Assembly: GCA_021790305.1 (NCBI GenBank) | Contig: JAJYED010000003.1 | Span: forward strand, 1 to 60,514 | Reading direction: 5' to 3' | From: Candidatus Micrarchaeota archaeon | GTDB lineage: Archaea > Micrarchaeota > Micrarchaeia > Micrarchaeales > CABMGC01 | DNA length: 60,514 bases | Shown here: positions 55,517 through 60,514 of the stretch, in pieces | How the letters are laid out: each line of letters starts with the position of its first letter | How positions within the stretch are numbered: the first letter of the stretch is position 1 | Notes under the pieces: model-generated | Told to the model about the DNA's origin: nothing | The model's database searches: none | What the model saw: only the letters and a program-made list of their open reading frames with translations | Translations under genes and position numbers: made by a program

Positions 55517-56419
55517 ATGAAGCCGAAGGTAAGCGTAGTAATACCAACTGTTGAAGAGGAGAGCGTCTTCAAGCTAGTTAAACAGATAAGAACCGTACTT
55601 GGAAGGAATACAGAGATAATAATAGTTGATAAGTCAAGTGATGCTTATTTCAAAAGGCTCAAGTCGACTGGAGCTAAAATCATACGGCAGAAAGGACGCG
55701 GGGTTGAGAACGCAGTTATGATAGGGCTCAGAGAGGCAAAGGGAGAGTATATTGCAAGCATAGATGCTGACGGAACGCATGACCCCAAGGGCCTTGCTGA
55801 AGCGCTTAAGGTAGTTGAATCTGGAAAAGCAGATTTTGTACTTGGGAACAGGATGAGCGGGCTTACCAAAGGGTCAATGCAGATGTACATACGCTTCGGG
55901 AATGGCATGCTGAGCTGGCTCTACAGCACTCTCTACCATACAAAGGTACATGATGTATTAACAGGTTTGTTCGTAGTTAATAGAGAGGCTTTTGAGGAGA
56001 TAAGAAATGTAGAGCCTTACAGGGCAGGGATAGCCTTCTTTGCCATAGAGCTTGCAAGAAGAGGGTATATCGTCAAAGAAGTGGATATAAAGTACTACAA
56101 ACGCGCTTATGGCGAGTCCAAGCTTACAAGGTCGAAATTTGCATACGGCTTCAATGTCGCATCGCACATAGTGAGGCAGCTGAGGGACTACAGCCCGTTG
56201 CTCATATTCGGACTGGTTGGAGGCATACTCTTCATAATAGGACTTATACTAGGGGTATTCGTGCTTGCAAGCTTCATATCCACAGGAGTATTTGCATTTG
56301 CCGGGAGGGCACTGCTCGCATTCATGCTTCTTGTCGTAGGATTTGTACTGATAACGGCAGGACTCATACTAGATCTTCTCCTTGAGATTGAGAAGAGGAT
56401 GGAACAAATGCATGGATAA
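55517..56419 (+). CDS. Family-2 glycosyltransferase (dolichyl-phosphate sugar synthase-like) with C-terminal TM helices
   Basis: VSVVIPTVEEE, IIVDKSSD, SIDADGTHDP (DxD-type). Two C-terminal TM helices. Confidence 0.8.
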   Translation: MKPKVSVVIPTVEEESVFKLVKQIRTVLGRNTEIIIVDKSSDAYFKRLKSTGAKIIRQKGRGVENAVMIGLREAKGEYIASIDADGTHDPKGLAEALKVVESGKADFVLGNRMSGLTKGSMQMYIRFGNGMLSWLYSTLYHTKVHDVLTGLFVVNREAFEEIRNVEPYRAGIAFFAIELARRGYIVKEVDIKYYKRAYGESKLTRSKFAYGFNVASHIVRQLRDYSPLLIFGLVGGILFIIGLILGVFVLASFISTGVFAFAGRALLAFMLLVVGFVLITAGLILDLLLEIEKRMEQMHG

Positions 56420-56462
56420 ACAGTAATTAAAAGTACAGAATATGTCCGCTATTCATCAATTA

Positions 56463-59400
56463 TTACTTTCTTCTCCTTGAATAGAGGTACAGCACAACTA
56501 CTACTATAATAATTATTACGATTGCGAGAATCGTCCATACCGTTTCCGTATTCTGCGGAGGAGTTGCCGCAGCAGCTGTTACTGATGTCTGAACAGCAGT
56601 AGTTGCAACAGTTGTTGGTATGGTTGAAGTAACATTCGTGTTAAGCAGTGCTATAACAGGATCCGAAGGGACTGTAAATTCCACCGTACATGCTGCAACA
56701 TTCAACGTGAATGGAGTTATCTCCTGCCAGGTGCCGTTCCTCAGTATGAATGGGGCAATATCAGAATTTGGTATGCTGCATGAGTAATGAAGGATCGCTT
56801 CAGCAGATACGTTGGTGTTGTTTACAGTGTAGTTAAGAGCTGTTATTACGGATCTGTTCAGTGTCTTGGACTGTAAGGTTGAGTTGGTCACATTTACATT
56901 GAAGCAGCCCCTTATTCCAGGAGCAATCTTTATGGTTGCGTTAAGCGAAGGATAGTTGATTGTGTATCCTGAAGTGTCATTGCATGCCTTTGTAATCCCA
57001 GAGGAAGCGATTATTTGTGTTATTGTTGTTACCGGCAGTATTGTTGAGGTTGAAGATGAAGAAGTTGTAGAGGTCGTGCTGCTGGTAAGTGTTGAATTAG
57101 GGCCGAAATATCCTGTTGATCCCCCGGAATATGGATTGCTGATCTGAGGACCGGTATTTACCATTACCTCGCTGTTTATGCTGTTAACTGTTACAGATGT
57201 TGTTGCGCTGTCTGTCACAAATATGCAGTAGTATGTGGTTGAGGTTGGACTTACTGAACTGAATAATGCACTTCCACCTGTTAAGGAAGATAAGGTTTGG
57301 ACTAAGGTTGATCCTGTGTTGCAGGTTGAGGTTGTTGATGAATACAGTTTGGCAGTATAGTCAGGCGTTCCTCTTGACCATGCGGAACTGAAGGTTACTG
57401 ATTGTCCTGAATTTATTGTAGGGTTTGAAGGAATTATTGATGGTATTGTTAGGGCCGTATTGACTGTAAATGCAGAGCTGTATATTGAATTTATAGTGGT
57501 TGGATGCGAATCTGTAACGACCACATTAAATACTAACGGGCTGTTTGCTGCATCTGCACCAACCGAAGTATATTCAAATGTATTGCTTGCAGATGATACT
57601 CCTGTAAAGAGCATGTTTGCGACTACCGAATCTGTTATGCTGTTTGAGATCAGCCAGTTGTAGGTATATGGCGCTACTCCTCCAGACACTGTGATTGTGC
57701 ATGATACTGTCTGCCCTGCATCAAGTATAGGCGATGATGGGCAGGAAGATAGGGTTGGTGTTGATAGAGGGGTATAGGTTATTGTCAAGATTCCTGATTT
57801 TACTGAATTTGCGGTTTCTGGGGAATAAGCGCTATCTGTTACTATCACGTTTGCCTGTACAGTATTTCCTATATCAGCTCCCGGTATCGTCCATGCGAAG
57901 GAGTTGGTTGTCGATGCGACGTTGGTGAAGAGCATGTTTGCAACTAGATTTCCTGTTACCGTATTTGTTATCAGGTAGTTGTAAGTATATGGAGAGGTTC
58001 CTCCTGTCGCTGTTGCCGTAAATGTTATTGTATTTCCATTGCCCTGCGAAGAAGGAAGGGATGGTAAGGAAGCCAATGTAGGCACACCGAGTGAAGGATT
58101 CACAGTTACTTCGCTGTCTATACTGTTTACTGTTGGAACACCAGAGTTGATTATGGTAAGATTTTCATCGTATAAATTTGTTACATATGCGTAGGAGCCG
58201 TCAGGGGAGATGGCTACTCCGAATGGATCAGGAAAGTTTGGAAGAGCTATGTATCCAGCTACAGTATTTGTTGCAGTGTTTATTATTGTTATATTATCAG
58301 GAGGGTTTCCATTGCAGTCATTATTACAAATTGAGATATAAGCATAGCTTCCTGAAGGAGCTATTGCGACTCCCTGCAGAGTACCAAGTGAATTGAACGT
58401 TATTGCTGATACTACTGTATTGGATGCTGTGTTTATTATTACTACGTTGTTGCTGCCAGAGTTTGCCACATAGGCATATGTGCCTGAAGGGGAGAATGAT
58501 ACTCCTAGTGGATTACTGAAGCCTGAGGTTATTGATTTTACTACCGCATTGGATGCTGTGTTGATTATTACTATGTTGTCTGTACCACTACCTCCACAGG
58601 AGGTGTTACAATTTGTTACATAGGCATAGTTGCCTGAAGGAGAGAAGGCTACTCCTCCTGGTTCATAGAAGCCAGAATTTATGGAGCCTGTTACAGTGTT
58701 GGATGCTGTGTTGATTATTAGTACATTATTGTTACCAAAGTTTGTCACATAGGCATATGTGCCTGAAGGGGAGAAGGCTACCCCCTGTGGACTGCTGAAA
58801 CTAGAAGTTATTGAGCCTGTTACAGTGTTGGTTGCTGTGTTTACGATCACTACATTGCCAAAGTTTGTTACATAGGCATATGTGCCTGAAGGGGAGAAGG
58901 CTACTCCTTCAGGATCATTATACCCTTTGATAGAATTTGACTGTGCGTTTGCCATATACGAGTTTAGATCATTATCTGTTATGTACGTACAATAATACGT
59001 ATTGGAAGTAGGAGATACTGTGGAGAAGGTGATTGAATTTGATGAAATTCCTATGTCTTGTTGTATTAAGGTAGACTGCTGGTTGCAGGTTGAGGTTGTA
59101 GAATAATAGAATGATGCAGAATATGGAGGTGTTCCTCCTGTCCATGATGTTGTGAATGCTATTGATTGCCCTAAATCTATTTTAGGGTTTGACGGAACCA
59201 TATAGACATTTGACATGTCAGGATTCACCGTTACCTTCAATGTTTGGGTATAGACTGATTCTGGTGTTGTAGCTGAATCTGTTATTTCAGCACAATAATA
59301 GGTATTTGAAGTAGGCGAGAATATTTCGGATTGGTTTGTGAAACCGCTTACGATTGAATCTGAACTGCATGTTGCAGAACTTCCTGAATACCACTGATAT

Positions 59401-60514
59401 TTGTAGGGGGAAGTACCCGTAGTTGGGGTAGTTATATCCAGGGTTATAAAATGGCCACTATCTACTATCGGATAAAAAGTTGTGATAGAGGTAGCGCTTA
59501 ATTTAGGATTTACGGTTATGAATGATGATATTGGGTTTGTAATTTCTGAACCAATTCCTGGACTGATTATTACTACGTTGTTGCCTCCGTTGTTTGCCAC
59601 GTAGGCATATTTGCCTGAAGGGGAGAAGGCTACTCCGTGTGGAGTTAATATCCCGTATTTTATTGCTCCTGTTACAGTATTGGTTGCAGTATTGATTATA
59701 GTTACATTATAGCGATTGTATTTTGTTATAGCGTTGCTGTTGTAATTTGTCACGTAAGCATAGCTTCCTGATGGAGAAACTGCTACTGCTATTGGATTAT
59801 AGAAGCCAGAGGTTATGGAGTTTACTACTGTGTTGGATGCTGTGTTTATTATTACTACGTTGTTGCTGTTGTAATTTGTCACGTATGCAAATGTGCCTGA
59901 AGGGGAGAAGGATACTCCTGCTGGAGAGTTGAAGCCCGCGGTTATTGTATTTACTACTGTGTTTGACGCTGTGTTTATTATTACTACGTTGTTGCTGTTG
60001 TAATTTGTCACGTATGCAAATGTACCTGAAGGGGAGAATGCTACTCCTGCTGGGGAGTTGAAGCCCGCGGTTATTGTGTTTACTACTGTGTTGGATGCTG
60101 TGTTTATTATTACTACGTTGTCGGGACCGCTACCTCCACAGGTGCTGTTGCAATTTGTCACATAGGCATATGTGCCTGAAGGGGAGAAAGCCACTCCTGC
60201 TGGTTCGGCGTATAATCCTGAGGTTATGGAGTTTACTACTGTATTTGTTGCTGTGTTTACGATTACTGCATTGCCAAAGTTTGTTACATAGGCATATGCA
60301 CCTGAAGGGGAGAATGCTACTCCTGCTGGTAAGCTGAAGCCAGAGTTTATGGAGTTTTCAGTATAATTAAGGGAGAGTTGTGTGACTGGTGGAGATTCCG
60401 AATCAGTTATACCCAGGCAGTAGCTGTTTGTTGTTGTGGGGCTTACTGTTATTGAATTTGATGTTGTTGACAGACCGTTGTAGGTTGCAAGGACATTTGC
60501 TGCTTCCTGAGGAC
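56463..60514 (-). CDS. Paralogous giant YVTN double-propeller surface protein (5' end outside window)
   Basis: I translated 60195-60514 by hand. It stays open in frame and reads ...SPTTTNSYCLGITDSESPPVTQLSLNYTENSINSGFSLPAGVAFSPSGAYAYVTN..., matching residues 112-166 of the 10424-14092 product. The ORF-track start at 60194 is an internal GTG (Val of GVAFSPSG). Two six-blade propellers, five Ig-like modules, the same C-terminal domain and a TM anchor. Confidence 0.85.
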   Translation of the reverse strand, partial: PQEAANVLATYNGLSTTSNSITVSPTTTNSYCLGITDSESPPVTQLSLNYTENSINSGFSLPAGVAFSPSGAYAYVTNFGNAVIVNTATNTVVNSITSGLYAEPAGVAFSPSGTYAYVTNCNSTCGGSGPDNVVIINTASNTVVNTITAGFNSPAGVAFSPSGTFAYVTNYNSNNVVIINTASNTVVNTITAGFNSPAGVSFSPSGTFAYVTNYNSNNVVIINTASNTVVNSITSGFYNPIAVAVSPSGSYAYVTNYNSNAITKYNRYNVTIINTATNTVTGAIKYGILTPHGVAFSPSGKYAYVANNGGNNVVIISPGIGSEITNPISSFITVNPKLSATSITTFYPIVDSGHFITLDITTPTTGTSPYKYQWYSGSSATCSSDSIVSGFTNQSEIFSPTSNTYYCAEITDSATTPESVYTQTLKVTVNPDMSNVYMVPSNPKIDLGQSIAFTTSWTGGTPPYSASFYYSTTSTCNQQSTLIQQDIGISSNSITFSTVSPTSNTYYCTYITDNDLNSYMANAQSNSIKGYNDPEGVAFSPSGTYAYVTNFGNVVIVNTATNTVTGSITSSFSSPQGVAFSPSGTYAYVTNFGNNNVLIINTASNTVTGSINSGFYEPGGVAFSPSGNYAYVTNCNTSCGGSGTDNIVIINTASNAVVKSITSGFSNPLGVSFSPSGTYAYVANSGSNNVVIINTASNTVVSAITFNSLGTLQGVAIAPSGSYAYISICNNDCNGNPPDNITIINTATNTVAGYIALPNFPDPFGVAISPDGSYAYVTNLYDENLTIINSGVPTVNSIDSEVTVNPSLGVPTLASLPSLPSSQGNGNTITFTATATGGTSPYTYNYLITNTVTGNLVANMLFTNVASTTNSFAWTIPGADIGNTVQANVIVTDSAYSPETANSVKSGILTITYTPLSTPTLSSCPSSPILDAGQTVSCTITVSGGVAPYTYNWLISNSITDSVVANMLFTGVSSASNTFEYTSVGADAANSPLVFNVVVTDSHPTTINSIYSSAFTVNTALTIPSIIPSNPTINSGQSVTFSSAWSRGTPDYTAKLYSSTTSTCNTGSTLVQTLSSLTGGSALFSSVSPTSTTYYCIFVTDSATTSVTVNSINSEVMVNTGPQISNPYSGGSTGYFGPNSTLTSSTTSTTSSSSTSTILPVTTITQIIASSGITKACNDTSGYTINYPSLNATIKIAPGIRGCFNVNVTNSTLQSKTLNRSVITALNYTVNNTNVSAEAILHYSCSIPNSDIAPFILRNGTWQEITPFTLNVAACTVEFTVPSDPVIALLNTNVTSTIPTTVATTAVQTSVTAAAATPPQNTETVWTILAIVIIIIVVVVLYLYSRRRK
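59842..60099 (-). repeat. Two nearly identical 129-bp tandem blade-coding repeats
   Basis: The gtgtttattattactacgttgttgctgttgtaatttgtcacgtatgcaaatgt... unit starts at 59842 and 59971, and the next unit starts at 60100. Only a handful of mismatches between copies. Confidence 0.85.

Noticed and set aside
1-60514. Search for tRNA, rRNA, SRP RNA, RNase P RNA, C/D box sRNAs and CRISPR arrays in the intergenic spacers.
   Set aside because: No T-loop GTTCGAATC-like or acceptor-stem patterns were found. No GC-rich structured spacer exists; the only long spacer is AT-rich. No convincing C (RUGAUGA) / D (CUGA) box pairs were seen. A covariance-model scan is needed to be definitive.

Overview
Archaeal chromosomal window, densely packed, with about 58 protein genes. 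I recognised no rRNA, tRNA or CRISPR array. All calls come from reading motifs in the supplied translations and DNA; no searches were run.

The archaeal assignment rests on aIF5A, aIF6, ribosomal proteins S24e/S27ae/L31e, Rpo7 (RpoE'), Spt4, prefoldin alpha, an ATP-dependent DNA ligase and a Hel308 helicase.

Housekeeping content:
- FtsZ-based division genes: two tandem ftsZ paralogs plus sepF.
- A complete E1a-E1b-E2-E3 2-oxoacid dehydrogenase operon followed by NAD kinase.
- An sdhA / membrane protein / sdhB / fumarase operon.
- gltX, ksgA, RNase HI, ftsY, MTA phosphorylase and a PadR-ABC exporter module.

Between these sit accessory and cell-surface genes that make up roughly a quarter of the window:
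- Two paralogous giant surface proteins, each with two YVTN beta-propellers. One is truncated by the window end.
- A third YVTN propeller fused to an archaeal type IV pilin-like (class III) signal peptide.
- A second pilin-like gene next to a type IV pilus/secretion ATPase.
- A membrane-tethered ArsR-type HTH protein with a very large extracellular domain.
- Several heavily sequon-rich secreted proteins and three glycosylation enzymes.

Most notable observations:
1. A canonical LAGLIDADG intein is inserted exactly in the Walker A P-loop of a TPR-AAA ATPase.
2. The YVTN surface-protein family has near-identical termini, divergent cores and nearly identical 129-bp intragenic tandem repeats.
3. 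The succinate dehydrogenase operon has a non-canonical membrane anchor: a 3-TM ORF between sdhA and sdhB, plus a 2-TM extension fused in frame to SdhB.
4. A Fic-domain protein has its catalytic His replaced (RPFERANGRTGR).
5. A 688-bp extremely AT-rich non-coding tract sits in an otherwise compact region.

The lineage guess is inference only. The pilin N-termini of the QSAMEYLMTYGWAILII type, the sequon-rich surface proteins and the 2-oxoacid dehydrogenase complex are reminiscent of acidophilic Thermoplasmata or DPANN/Micrarchaeota-like archaea.
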